DNA of 24,811 bases from Alloascoidea hylecoeti (Eukaryota). Where the stretch lies: contig BCKZ01000022.1 in NCBI GenBank assembly GCA_001600815.1, positions 62,001 to 86,811 of the forward strand. Direction: 5' to 3'. Of the stretch, positions 1 through 12,023 are shown piece after piece. The notes below the pieces were generated by a model. That model was not told where the DNA came from and did no database searches. It saw only the letters and a list, made by a program, of their open reading frames with translations. Every line of letters starts with the position of its first letter. The first letter of the stretch is position 1. A program made the translations under genes and the position numbers.

Positions 1-3000
1 TGAATAACTAAGTGTCTATAAATTTACAGACACCGAGATCGCACATGCCGGATTATATACATGCTTCACGGGCTTGGAAAGTCAATATAGCAATTATACC
101 GTCTACGTCTTCATTTGTCATATAAAATTCGAATCTGATCCTCGATTTGATATAATGTAGCTGGTGGGAAAACTGTCGCCAAGCAATCACAGGCAGCTGA
201 TGCAACTAAGTACTGGTATACTAAATATATAAAGCTGGATATGAAAAGTAACATGGGCTTAAAACTAATTATAAATAGGAACCACATAACCGAGAACAAG
301 CGTAGTGGGATGAGAGATTAAGATGAGCAAAAGAGATAGGGTACATTAAAGGAAAGTCTTGGTTTCTCTTCCATTGTTGAATGTACAAATCATGGCACTC
401 CCGATGAAGACCAGTTTATCCGACAATTAATATTCCCCATTAAAACCGTTAATGTTACCGTTGATATATTTTGTCCAGGAAAACGATTACCTGGGCTTTA
501 TTTTAAAAATAAGCTTACCATCCATACTACAAGTATATTAATGATGGTTCTACTAATGGTTTGTGATAGTATTTCAGGTTTTTGCTTCCAGGAGGAATTT
601 TCTATGTTAAATTTTCCAACTTCTGCATGAAACTCTCCTAATAAGGAAATTTAAGGTTTTAAAATTGATAATGATGATTTTGCGGTTTATTAATATTAAA
701 TACACGCACCTTGGGTGAATATTTACTTGAGCTGCTTTTCCCTTCATTCCAGTAACATTTACATTCATTAATTTGATGGCAAATTGTTTAGGAGAAGGCT
801 CTGTTAATTATCTGTTATAATATTTGCAATTTTACTGAATTTTTCCTACTGATATGAATTATACAACGTTAACGAATTATAAGTTATTATTAATTAATTA
901 TATAGTGTTCTATACTAGATCTAGGGTGGACGTCCCTTAGTTAATATTTTTACTGATTCATTTAACGGGTTATTTCGCGTATTGTAATTCTATGGCTAGT
1001 ACCAGTGCCATAAACCAATTAGACTTAGTATCCAATAGCTAACTTTCATTTTTCTATTCATCCTTACAATAGCTGGCTTTAGTGTGATATGCATATCAAA
1101 TATTAAACTTGTTTTTAAAGTACAAACTAAGTTAATATAATGAACTCTTAATTTTACTAAGCAGGAAATCATTTATATATTTTTCATTAAAGATTTTCAG
1201 TTGAAATTGTGATGTGGTTTATTGATATTGCAAAAGAAGTGAAAGCTCAAGAAATGCATATTAATTTAATTTATAGCTGTTTTGTATGTATTGCTATAGC
1301 TATTATATATCATACTCTTTAAATTTTAAAATTAGGAGTGTTACAATTAGGTATTATATGTCAGTATTATGCCGGATGTTATTAGATATGACTTACCCAA
1401 CTCCTTTTCAAAAGGATAGATAGATAGGTTTATATACTAGCTAAATAATATATAAATTGGAAGTTAATAGAATAAACATTAATACTTCTAGTACAGAAAC
1501 TTTAAATATGTAGGACTTGATATATGTCCTATGATATGCGATTTAGCTAATTTTCTGTCATCAATAAAGCTTAATACCAACTTTAACTTTTAACTTTTGA
1601 ATTTTCTTATATTAATATAATTAAAGCACAATTAATATAGGCGAATTTTATTTTGTTTATAGTTATGCTGCTGAAATTTATTTTCAATCACGATTATCAA
1701 GTATTGAAATCATGTCAATTACAATTACAATTGCAATGTGACAATGCCCAAACAATCAAGAGCCTAAGAGATGAACAAACAGTTCAATTGACATATGCAT
1801 CCTTTAAAACCCCGCAGCTCTTTTAAAACAAAACAAAACAATTGAGTAAGTATAAAAGGGCCAAGACAGAAATGCCGAATGAAAATCCAGCAGTTGATGA
1901 TGTCATTGTAAGACGAAAACTTCTTGCAGTAGGGATATGTGATAGACAGCGTTTTAGTTATACCAGTTGCGCCGTTATAAATAAACAAGGTAAACAAGAA
2001 AAGAGTTTTCAACTTTGCAATTGAGCTGATCAAAGCAAATTTAAAAGAACGTATAAAAATATGCCATGAGAATTTGTTAGGATAAGTAGTTTATATAAGC
2101 TTATACAAAGTATCTAGTGAATTCATATTTTATGGTGAAAAACTCTGGAAGGGTCAGTAGCAATGTGACCACCCTTTATTGCAATTGGCATTATTCTATC
2201 TACTCTTGGATTGCAAGGTTTTAATTTTTCTGCTCTTATTATGGTAACTCGTAGTCCGCAGTAAACTTTAAAATATTAGGGTTTACGGCACACTATGTAA
2301 ATACAATAATCAACCATTGTTGAAATATTTTATTGTTAAATAAATTTTTATTTTACCAGTAAAATTTCTTCAGTAAAATCTTCTTAGGATCGTTGAGATT
2401 CGGAAAACATTTTGTTTTTAGTTTTTTGTTCCCATATTAGTAATTATAATCATGTGTAAATGCTACCCAATTACGCAGACGGTACTAGTTTGAATATTAT
2501 AATTATAGGAATTTAAAAGGATCGGTTATGTGTGTAAAATTTATCACGATCATCAATCATCAGCTAACTAATCGTACGGCTCCTAAATTCATGACAAGAA
2601 TATAAGGAGAAGATGAATAAGTAGGAATATTGATCTGAATATTAAATTTAAAGTAACATTAATTACATGTACAAAGGAAGTGGTAATAACATGAATTGAA
2701 TTTTACTACAATTAATATTTCAATAACTTTAAATCTAAATCTAAATGAATTTTAAAGCCCATGGCAAGTAAAATCTAGCATTGATATTGAAAATTTGTAA
2801 TGCCTTTAAAAATCGGTTTGAAGAAGTTGATAAAACATGTACACAGCATTATTTCAGTTCTTAAACTGTCGTGCTTTGTGCCAGATTTTATATAGCCATA
2901 CACACTCTGTGTAATCCAACAGTCGTTTTATATTTGCATAGCTTTAAGTGGTTAATGCTGGTTATCAATGTTAAAACTAGAAAATTATGGTTGCAAACAC

Positions 3001-3468
3001 TTCCAAGACCATTTAAAACAATGAACTGTATAGAATTGAGACATTGTCTCTCAATTTCAAAACAATAAGGTAATGTTGTGTAGCTTGACAGATTGACATT
3101 AAGACTTTCATAAACTGAAAAGTGGCATCACCAACATGATATAATTGATATAATTTGGTGATAGGAAACTCCGATCCTTTAAGGATGTCAACATTTAATT
3201 TCGAATTGTAGTGGTACTAGTGCACCAATTATAATACTTTTAAAAAATATAAGCTTAAGCAATTAGCTTTATCTGATCGATCTGATCTCTGCAGCTGTAC
3301 ATATTTATGCATTGCGGCTGCATTATACTTTTTTCTTTTCTGATAGGTTACCCGGCTTTCCGTATTTTCCGGCTTTATAATGTAAACAATTTCCTGATTT
3401 TTTTTCTATAGGTCGATCTTCAACTTTTTCGTGTTTCCCAGTTTAGATCAACAAAAAGGTTTTTGACA

Positions 3469-6400
3469 ATGTTAAAGTCGACTTTTTCCATAACTGGAAT
3501 GACATGCAGTGCTTGTTCAGGTGCTATAACATCTGCTCTAGAAGGTACAAATGGTGTTTTAGAGGTATCGATAGGCTTAATGACGGAAAGAGGTTTAATA
3601 ATTCATGATGGAAAAATAATAACGGTTGATCAAGTAAAGGAAGCTATCGAAGACTGTGGATTTGACGCTGAGTTGATAGACTCTGAAGTTGCCGAAATTC
3701 ATGATCCAGCGAGTGTTAATGGATCGGAAATGGTGGATGATAATAAATCATATGATCAACAAACTGAAACACAAGAACAGCAACAGACAAAATCAACAAC
3801 TTTGAAAATATTCGGAATGACATGCTCTGCTTGCTCGAATACTGTTGAAAATGCATTAAATTCTTTAGATGGTGTAGAAAGTGCGGTTGTTGGACTTGCA
3901 ATCGAAGAGGCTCTAATTACATATGATTCTTCAAAAATTGGAATTAGGGACATGGTTTCTGCAGTTGAAGATACAGGGTTTGAGGTTGTTTTAAAATCCG
4001 CTACTGATGATAAAGTACAAATTGAAAGTTTAGAAAGAACTAAAGATATCAAATTATGGAAAAGAAGAGTCATTTCTAGTGCAATGTTAAGTATACCGGT
4101 TTTCATAATTGGTCATATTTTACCAATGTGCTCAGTAAATTTTATTGCATGGGAAATATTTCCAAGTATATTCTTTGGTGATCTTTTATCTTTATTTCTT
4201 ACATCAATTGTACAATTTCATGTGGGTGGCCATTTTTATAAAAGTGCTTATAAAGCATTAAAACATGGATCAGCAACAATGGATTTATTAGTATCAATAT
4301 CAACATTATCTGCTTATTCTTTTAGTGTTGTTTCAATAATTTATGGTGCTTTAAAACATTATACAATGCCACCAAGAGTTTTATTTGATACTTCTGCCTT
4401 ACTTATAACTTTTATTACAATTGGAAAATATTTAGAAAATATCGCAAAGGGTCAAGTTTCTTCAGCATTATCAAGATTAATTCAATTAGCTCCATCACAA
4501 TGTACAATATTTACAAATTATAATGAAGATATTCCACAATCAAATAATAATAATACAAAGGTTTTATCTACTGATTTAGCACAAGTAAATGATATTATTT
4601 TATTATTACCTGGTTCAAAAGTACCAGCTGATGGTTATGTAATTTATGGTGAATCATATATTGATGAATCTTTATTAACTGGTGAATCTAAACCTGTTCA
4701 AAAAGTTAAAAAGGATAATGTTTATGGTGGTACAGTTAATGGTTCTGGAGTTTTACATGTTAAATTAACAAAAGTTGGTACAGATACTCAATTGCATAAA
4801 ATTATAAAATTAGTAAATGATGCTCAAACAACAAAAGCACCAATTCAACATTTTGCTGATTATATTGCTTCATTTTTCGTCTATGGTATTATAATTTTAG
4901 GTGTTTTAACATTTTTTGTATGGTCAATTTTATCGTCAGTTTTAAATCCTCCACCACCAATATTTGAAGGAACTGATTCGAATTTTTTTATTTGCCTTCA
5001 ATTAGGAATCAGTGTTGTTGCTGTTGCTTGTCCTTGTGCTCTTGGGCTAGCAACTCCAACTGCTGTAATGGTTGGTACTGGTGTTGGTGCACAACAAGGA
5101 ATTTTAATTAAAGGTGGTGCTGTATTGGAAAAAGCTAATAAAATTACTTGTTTCTTATTTGACAAAACAGGAACTTTAACGAGAGGTGTAATGTCTGTTA
5201 TAAATCAAGAAATTTCAATTAAATCAGGTTTAAATCTTAATGAAAATGATTTATGGGTTTTATTAGGTAGTTTAGAATCACAAAGTGATCACCCAATTGC
5301 AAAAGCAATTATTAAACATTCAAGAGATGAATTAGGTTTGATTAATGATAATGATAATTTCATTTCAACTGTTGAAAATGTTGTTAATATACCTGGTGGT
5401 GGAATATCAGCTGATATTCAATTATCTTCAAATAATCAAACATTTTCTGTTTTAGCTGGTAATTTAGAAGTTATGAAGTCTAATAATGTTTCAATGGGTT
5501 CAGATTATTTATCACTACCTCAATTAACACAAACAAGTTCAAATTCAAATTCAAATCCAAAGTCAAGTGATAATATTGATGCAACAATTATTTACTTGGC
5601 AGTTAATAATCAATATATTGGTAAATTATACCTTGCAGATGAAATTAGAGTCGATTCAAGATCAACTATATTAAATTTAAGACGTTTAGGATACAAAGTG
5701 ATGATGATAACAGGCGATTCAAAACGTGTTGCTTCATCGGTTGCATCTCAAATTGGTATTTCACCCCATATGATTATCTCAAATATAACCCCATCAGGTA
5801 AACAAAAAATTGTTTCTGATTTAGAAGCTGGAATTTGGAGGAATAGTAGAATTAATCCACAAGTTGTTTGTTTTGTTGGAGATGGTATAAATGATTCACC
5901 TGCTTTAGCAACTGCTTCAATAGGTATGGCTGTTGGATCAGGTACTGATATTGCGATGGCTGCAAGCGACATCGTTTTAGCTAAACCTGATTTTGTTTTG
6001 GCTGATATTGTTACTGCTGTTCTATTATCTCAAGCCACATTCAAAAGAATTAAATTAAACTTCTTATGGGCTATTGTTTACAATGTTTGTGTTTTACCTA
6101 TAGCAATGGGTATTTTATTACCATGGGGTATTGTTTTACCACCGTCGGCTGCTGGTGCAGCAATGGCTCTTAGTAGTGTTTCGGTTGTTGCTTCAAGTTT
6201 ATGGTTGAAGAGATGGAAAAAACCAGTCTTGGTTAAAAACACAAATTCAAATAATTCTGAGCAAGAAAATTTAAGTATGAATCCCTGTCATTCAAATTTA
6301 TCATCCTTTTCGTTATTGGATGATTTAGAGACTGGGAAATTGTCTAATGTTTCAACATCATCACCATCATCACCATCATCACCATCATCGTCATCAACCA

Positions 6401-6636
6401 ATCGTACTTATAAAAACTCAGAAGATTACTCAAATATCAAAAATAACGACTTTGATGATTTTGAAATAGATGATGATAATAGTAATGATTCAGATAATCT
6501 TATTTCTGAATTTGGTATTGAAGATCCCCTTAATGGCTCAAAAAGACCAAAGGGTACAGCTAGATCAGGCATACTTGGACTTTGGGATAAGATTAGTAAT
6601 AAGTCCAAAGATCCACATTACTATCAACCAATATAG
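3469..6636 (+). CDS. CCC2: Copper-transporting P1B-type ATPase (Ccc2/ATP7 family), ~1055 aa
   Basis: Two GMTCSAC heavy-metal-binding domains, TGES actuator motif, transmembrane ACPCALGLATP, DKTGTLT phosphorylation site, SDHP, GDGINDSPALA, and the YN and MALSS Cu(I) motifs. The ORF track starts at TTG 3463; the first ATG is at 3469. Confidence 0.95.
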   Translation: MLKSTFSITGMTCSACSGAITSALEGTNGVLEVSIGLMTERGLIIHDGKIITVDQVKEAIEDCGFDAELIDSEVAEIHDPASVNGSEMVDDNKSYDQQTETQEQQQTKSTTLKIFGMTCSACSNTVENALNSLDGVESAVVGLAIEEALITYDSSKIGIRDMVSAVEDTGFEVVLKSATDDKVQIESLERTKDIKLWKRRVISSAMLSIPVFIIGHILPMCSVNFIAWEIFPSIFFGDLLSLFLTSIVQFHVGGHFYKSAYKALKHGSATMDLLVSISTLSAYSFSVVSIIYGALKHYTMPPRVLFDTSALLITFITIGKYLENIAKGQVSSALSRLIQLAPSQCTIFTNYNEDIPQSNNNNTKVLSTDLAQVNDIILLLPGSKVPADGYVIYGESYIDESLLTGESKPVQKVKKDNVYGGTVNGSGVLHVKLTKVGTDTQLHKIIKLVNDAQTTKAPIQHFADYIASFFVYGIIILGVLTFFVWSILSSVLNPPPPIFEGTDSNFFICLQLGISVVAVACPCALGLATPTAVMVGTGVGAQQGILIKGGAVLEKANKITCFLFDKTGTLTRGVMSVINQEISIKSGLNLNENDLWVLLGSLESQSDHPIAKAIIKHSRDELGLINDNDNFISTVENVVNIPGGGISADIQLSSNNQTFSVLAGNLEVMKSNNVSMGSDYLSLPQLTQTSSNSNSNPKSSDNIDATIIYLAVNNQYIGKLYLADEIRVDSRSTILNLRRLGYKVMMITGDSKRVASSVASQIGISPHMIISNITPSGKQKIVSDLEAGIWRNSRINPQVVCFVGDGINDSPALATASIGMAVGSGTDIAMAASDIVLAKPDFVLADIVTAVLLSQATFKRIKLNFLWAIVYNVCVLPIAMGILLPWGIVLPPSAAGAAMALSSVSVVASSLWLKRWKKPVLVKNTNSNNSEQENLSMNPCHSNLSSFSLLDDLETGKLSNVSTSSPSSPSSPSSSSTNRTYKNSEDYSNIKNNDFDDFEIDDDNSNDSDNLISEFGIEDPLNGSKRPKGTARSGILGLWDKISNKSKDPHYYQPI

Positions 6637-6963
6637 TTTTCACATTTTTAAGTAAAACTTTAATTTTCTTGAAGTGTCCCATCATCATCGCTTGAAGAAA
6701 ATTTGGGGAAAATAAACTGATACTTTTAAATTTATGGTGTTTTTGTTAATTACGTTCCGGAAAAAAATTTTGATTTATCTATTTTTTGTTTTATTGCCTT
6801 TTTTAATATTGTATTTTTGTATTGTGTTTGTTTATTATTTATTAATATTTAATGTCTATAAATTTTTCTTTCGAATCCATTTTTATCTATTATACATTTC
6901 TGTTTGTTTGCTTGGCAATATTGACACCATAAATGTTATATAACAGTTTACTATATAATAAGA

Positions 6964-6988
6964 ATATATATATATATATATATATATA
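6964..6988. repeat. (AT)n microsatellite, about 12 units, between the convergent 3' ends of CCC2 and YJU3
   Basis: Directly visible atatatat run. TATATA-type elements also serve as yeast 3'-end efficiency elements. Confidence 0.85.
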
Positions 6989-7027
6989 CGTAATCATTAT
7001 TAAATTCTTATAATAATGTAATTAATT

Positions 7028-7933
7028 TTATTCATGTACAAAAGTTTTTGGGTCTTTTAAGAAAGTTTCCAAATCAGAAAATATTGGAAGTCTATATTCA
7101 TCACTTTCCATGTATAAAGAATGATAAGCTCCATCATATTCAAGCAATTTAACATTTTCAAATCCATGTTTATTAAATGCTCTAGACCCTGATATATCAT
7201 TAATTTGATCAGCATTGCTATGTTGGATTAAAACTGGTACTGTTCGTTCAATGTTCTTAGCATATTCAAAATCTAATGCCTTGTATCCGCGTCTAATCAT
7301 ATGATATAATTGTCTCACAGTTCCAACAAATGGAGATAGTTTATCCTCTTTAATTTCTTTTTGTAAACTCATATCGTGAGTAAGTTTTGAAGCATCAAGA
7401 CCGGTAGAAACTTGATAATTAGGTAAAAGTAAAGACCCAAATGGCATTAACATTCTTGAATAACTATTTAGTGTAGCAGGATTAACTATCAAAACTGGAG
7501 CACATACAACAATTCCAGCCAATTCTTTTTTATGCTTTCCAATAATTGAGTAATTGATTACAATACCACCACCCATAGAATGCCCTAGTAAGAATAATTT
7601 CCCAGTAAAATCTTTTGTTTTCTGAACACGTTCAATGAAGAATTCTAAATCATCAAATACATGGAAATCATCTGTAACAGCGATGTCTTTATCTTTGGAA
7701 GTTTCTCCAAATCCCCGTTGATCAAACACAAATAAATTATAACCTTTTGAACAAAAGTAATTGGCAAAAACTTCATAGTTTGTTATATGTTCTGAAAATC
7801 CATGGACAAATAATAAATTTGCTATTGGTGTAACACCTTCTGGAGGGGACCATGATCGAGTATGAAAAAAAGCTTCGTTATATTCAATGATCTCGTCAGT
7901 GTATCTTATATTAGTATTGCTAGTCGCACCCAT
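7028..7933 (-). CDS. YJU3: Monoglyceride lipase / alpha-beta serine hydrolase, 301 aa
   Basis: LLFVHGFSEH, FDQRGFG, nucleophile elbow GHSMGG, putative catalytic Asp (ADQIND) and His (GAYHSL). Length is typical of Yju3/MGL. Confidence 0.88.
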   Translation of the reverse strand: MGATSNTNIRYTDEIIEYNEAFFHTRSWSPPEGVTPIANLLFVHGFSEHITNYEVFANYFCSKGYNLFVFDQRGFGETSKDKDIAVTDDFHVFDDLEFFIERVQKTKDFTGKLFLLGHSMGGGIVINYSIIGKHKKELAGIVVCAPVLIVNPATLNSYSRMLMPFGSLLLPNYQVSTGLDASKLTHDMSLQKEIKEDKLSPFVGTVRQLYHMIRRGYKALDFEYAKNIERTVPVLIQHSNADQINDISGSRAFNKHGFENVKLLEYDGAYHSLYMESDEYRLPIFSDLETFLKDPKTFVHE

Positions 7934-8357
7934 GGTTATTTATAGTTCGAGAAAACTGAGTTTGAATTTGTACACCAATTAGTTGTAATTGAAAGTAATA
8001 GTAAATATAGTCCGATTGACTTATTATATATAAGTTTTATAATCCATATCAGCAGATTATTATTAATGGTTAACGCCCAATAATTAGTAATATGTATGTA
8101 GCATTATTAGCCACATATTATGCCGATTTTATAAACTCAATTGGTATTAAATTCAATATTAATATTGATTAGACGGAAGCTGAAAGATTTCCGACCTCCA
8201 TGTTGCTGTATATTATAAATTATAATAGATGAGATATTTCTCGTTAATTTCGACAATTAAATTTAAAATCCTTCGTTAATAAAGACAAATCTACCATCTT
8301 GGTAATTTTTTGACGGGTGCTTTCTCTATAAATTCATTCTGTATTTATGATCTTTTC

Positions 8358-8636
8358 TCTCAGTTTGAATACCGTCCAGGTACGGAGAAAGATGGGGTCG
8401 TTGTAGCGATTGAGCGAAGAGATCAAGAAATGATTAAAGCCTTAGCTGCAGCTGTGAAAGAAATAACCTTAAGGTGAAACCTGCAGACGCTTAAAACTTA
8501 AAAAGTGTTGATCAAGAATTCCGAGTCTGTCAGTTCTTAAAATATATATAGCCCATCAGGGGTTGGAATATTTGGTTTAATATTCAATATGGTAAAGCAT
8601 TGGTAATCCTGGACGGCCGAGTTGCATAATAATCCG
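8358..8636 (+). pseudogene. Possible highly decayed Ty3/Gypsy pol fragment (RNase H end / integrase start)
   Basis: One frame reads SQFEYRPGTEKDGVVVAIERRDQ, similar to the Gypsy motif F-x-I-x-YRPGK-x-N-x-x-ADALSRR. After several stops the same frame gives ELHNNP, similar to the first His of the integrase HHCC finger. No LTRs seen. Confidence 0.25.
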
Positions 8637-9343
8637 TCAAAATTAAATAAAGAAACACAACAAAGCAATGTGTTCCACGCTTAATCCGATAATGTTATTA
8701 GCACCTATTATTTTACGTAATAAAACGAGATCTTCTTGTTGAACGTGAACCTTCTTGGCATAAGTTGATCTTACAACATTGATGATTAAACGTATACCTG
8801 GGATCTTGATAATCCTAGCTATGAAATTGAAGTACTTTTTCTATTAATATTTTTGCGTATGTCTAGTCTTTTCTCTCGATTGGAATAAAAATTTTATAGC
8901 TCCATTTTCGACAGCTGTTCTAACAAGAGATATTAGATCAGAAGAACAGAAAATAATATCTGAGTTGGTCACAAGGTATGAAAGATAATTGGCATTATTG
9001 TTATAATTGAAAGAATTACGATTATAGGGAAATACTTTTAATCGTGTATGGAATCCATTGGAGGAGTTCGAGTCATGTTAATTCGTGGTAATTGTAGGTC
9101 CGGCCCTGAAAATATTGTGGCCCGAGAATCTGATTTTTTATAATGTTTAAACAAGTCAAACGACCTGAATCGCTGAAATACTGTAGCAAGGCAAAAAGTC
9201 AAATCTGAAATTTCACGTTAGCCTTCTCTTTGCTTCTCATATGTTCTTCCATATCTGATTTTTACTCCATTTGTGAATTAAATGTAGTTTATTCTATTTC
9301 TCCTTTGACTGTCTCGTATGTTGCCTTTTTGTGGCTTTAACTA

Positions 9344-10610
9344 CAGAGTCCCCGCTGATAATTATTCTCTTTTAAGGCCAAAGCATATAATATGAATATA
9401 ATAAAGTTTATGAGATATAAGCTTAAGTGCCATGGTTTTAGTTGCCATTGTAGCTGTGATTGTTATGGTGATCATGAATCCATGATGCCTTTTAGCATAC
9501 CATAATGGCCGCCTTTGGTCATACAGGATCATCGCATTATTTAGTGTCCCCTTCATTCGCTCAGGAGTCAGGAGACCAATCAGCTTTGATGGAGTAGAAT
9601 TAATGGATTCTGTTAACGATAGATTGGCTTATCACCCATCGTTGCACACGCATAACGTTTAACTGCTGTAGTGCGTCCATTACCGTCCAGTCCATGTGTA
9701 GAATAAGTCCGGGAAGGTGTAGTTTGAAACACCAATTTTAACACTCGAGTTTCATATAACTTTCACATTCTTGGATAACATAGAGGGATGATGTTCTCCA
9801 TATTCGCATAAGGTAGATAATTATACTTTGTTAATGTATTAATACTTTTTTTTTACTGTCTGCTTACCAAGCGATTATGGCTCTCTGTTAGCATTTGATG
9901 CATGGATTTAGTACTTGACTCAACACTTTTGTTCTTCCAGATGAAGAGATGGCTTTGATAATACGATTACTTTAACTTTAATTGTAGAAAGATTCCTGAT
10001 GGGCAAGTCAAACCCGAAACGCTGGACTGAAGCCGGTAAAATAAGGATGGGCTCTCAAAAATGTTCTGAAGAAAAAAAAAAAACCATCCCACCCTATAGT
10101 TTGCATCTTCTTCTTGTGTTAGAATTTTAAAGGTAAACCCCCCTCAAATATCGTGAAACAATCCTCCATGTAGAAGTGCCTTTCCTTGACCAAAATTTTG
10201 GCGAAACACAAGATAACCTTCATGCAAGATAATGCTCGTGATCATAAAGCTGGGGCCATCATGCCGTGGTTTAGCTAGAGGAGGAAATTGAAGAGATGGA
10301 GTGACCTGTAATTTTTTTACATATAGTCCAGATCTCAACCTAATTAAGAAGGTGTGGAAAAGAATCATCAGCAAAAATAAACTAAATCTCAATCATAAGA
10401 CTACGGGAAAGCTGAAGCACAAATAAGAACATGGATCAAATTCAGAAATACACTAGAAGGTCTCTCAACAACATAGACCCAAATCTCTTCTACAAAATTA
10501 TCGAATATGCCAAAGATGGTAAAGTATTGATAAGTGACGATGACCATGTGGCAGATAATATTCATCCTAATATGCTGCTGTCCATGAGATAATTAGAGAG
10601 GGGATAGCTG
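9344..10610 (+). mobile_element. Degenerate full-length Tc1/mariner (IS630-Tc1-mariner, DD34/35E-like) DNA transposon, ~1267 bp
   Basis: Broken transposase motifs: FMQDNARDH (10219-10245), IEEME*P (W replaced by stop at 10302), YSPDLNLIKKVW (10322-10357, cf. SPDLNPIENVW) and KYRETILHVEVPF. Imperfect ~55 bp TIRs: left CAGAGTCCCCGCTGATAATTATTCTC...AGCATATAATATGAATAT, right ATATTCATCCTAATATGCT...GAGATAATTAGAGAGGGGATAGCTG. TA flanks both ends (9342-9343, 10611-10612). Confidence 0.85.
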
Positions 10611-11973
10611 TACCTTTCTTTTTCCATATAAAGTATTTTCCTACGTACTGTGATAACATTTGTGTCATCTGTCACCGACTTGATGTCTAAGAGATGGCCA
10701 TGGTAGTATTTGGGTGTACGAATCTTGAATTACTATTCCTGGCCCAATTGCAACCGGTGTTTAAATTGAATACTATTTAAATATAAGTGAGCGTTTAGCA
10801 GCTGGATCTCATGACCGTAAACACTGTGCCATAGCTATACATGTAGTCGTAATTGAAGATTGTGTATCGTACGGGTCATATAGCCCTATATATAATATAA
10901 GTTATAAATGTTATGCATATCAAGACTAGGTGTAATAGATGCGAAAAATATATTAAGCGGCTGGCTCATGTCTTACAATTGCAAACTGATATACAAACTT
11001 ACTCCATAGATGACTATAGCTACAGAAATATTCGCCTCATGCTGTTATTTGGTGATATACAATTTTCTATATTGCAAGTTATAAAGCTGCTTTATAAGTA
11101 TAGCAAAATATTATAATATGTTCAGTGTGTTGTCCTGGTGTTGTATTTAATAAGCATCTGCACTTCCATCCTTGTCCTGAATAAGAAATAATACCTTCTG
11201 CATGGCTAGAAGTAAAGCTAATATAACTTTAAGTTTGTAATTACTAGATTAAAACCGTAGGTTGGAAAAACAAAGACTTTGTTTTAAAATTTAACCCATC
11301 AATTACTAAAAGTAATTTAAATTAAGTGTGTAGACTGAAATTTATGAAATGTCAAGCTGGAAAAATGGTTGAAAGTTTCAGTTGAAATTGAGTATATAAG
11401 GGCGGAGATGGCATAAGTTGCATACTGCTTGCAGTGTTTGGATTTGAAGTCAAATCGTTAGCAGAACCCGCCCTTTCAGTTGACATTAATTTCTCGTGCT
11501 GAATTTAAAGGATATCGATACTCTAGCTGAAAACTATTATATAAAAGCTATAATCATTTAAATAATTGGAGTTGATAAGTTGTGAATAATTGATATCATG
11601 GTGACCTAAACTAAGATTAGTTTCAATTTAGCATAAAATGGAGGATTGACACAATAAATAAATATAGTTTTATATTGACATGTAGCGAGTATCAAAGACA
11701 GAGAGCTTATTAATTAATCACGTCTATACAAGAAGTGTATGTTGCGAACGAATATATTCAATTGATTTATACATTTGTCAATTTATCATCAGATGTGGGG
11801 ATGTAGATAAACGTATACGCAGCAGAGTGTATGCACTTGTCTTAGATGCAAAGTACAGATAGGGTTAACTTTAGATACGATGCCCTAACTAGGTAATTAT
11901 GCAAATGTATTATTGTCCCAAACAGGCATTCAGCCGCACAACGCACATATCTGCGACACAAACTGGCCTCTCG

Positions 11974-12023
11974 ACCAGCCATCAGCAATTAGACTAAACA
12001 CAGAATGCTGGTACACAACCAGC
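11974..12023. promoter_or_regulatory. Cluster of three Ace2/Swi5-type sites (ACCAGC/GCTGGT) upstream of AMN1
   Basis: ACCAGC at 11974-11979, GCTGGT at 12007-12012 and ACCAGC at 12018-12023, 180-230 bp upstream of the AMN1 ATG. AMN1 is a known Ace2 target in S. cerevisiae. Confidence 0.6.

Noticed and set aside
340..660. ~97-codon stop-free + frame, and a minus-frame LLGEFHAEVG resembling LINE endonuclease GDFNA
   Set aside because: No early start codon and no other family motifs; the resemblance is too short to distinguish from chance.
1715..2070. Coding-like stretch (CDNAQ...TPQ) faintly like an integrase core
   Set aside because: No catalytic motif set and no terminal repeats; too weak.
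921..3165. Several small hairpins (ctaggg..ccttag ~921, tatggc..gccata ~991, taggac..gtccta ~1511, atcaccaa..ttggtgat ~3127)
   Set aside because: Stems of 6-8 bp are expected by chance; no shared sequence, TSDs, or tRNA/ncRNA signature.
9600..9740. ILLTIDWLITH resembling the Gypsy protease-adjacent LG.DWL motif
   Set aside because: It lies inside the TIR-bounded Tc1 element, and another frame carries transposase-like traces.
10060..10357. G>A / C>T-type lesions in the transposase (W to stop, P to L, E to K) suggesting RIP
   Set aside because: The ancestral sequence is unknown, RIP is not established in budding yeasts, and ordinary AT-biased decay explains the pattern.
11737..12003. Third intron-like pattern upstream of AMN1: T|GTATGTTG (11737), CTGGCCTC (11963), GACTAAAC (11992), ACAG
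   Set aside because: There is no reading-frame support and it overlaps the Ace2-site promoter cluster. GTATGTTG also occurs in non-genic DNA near 9316. Worth a glance in RNA-seq but not supportable here.
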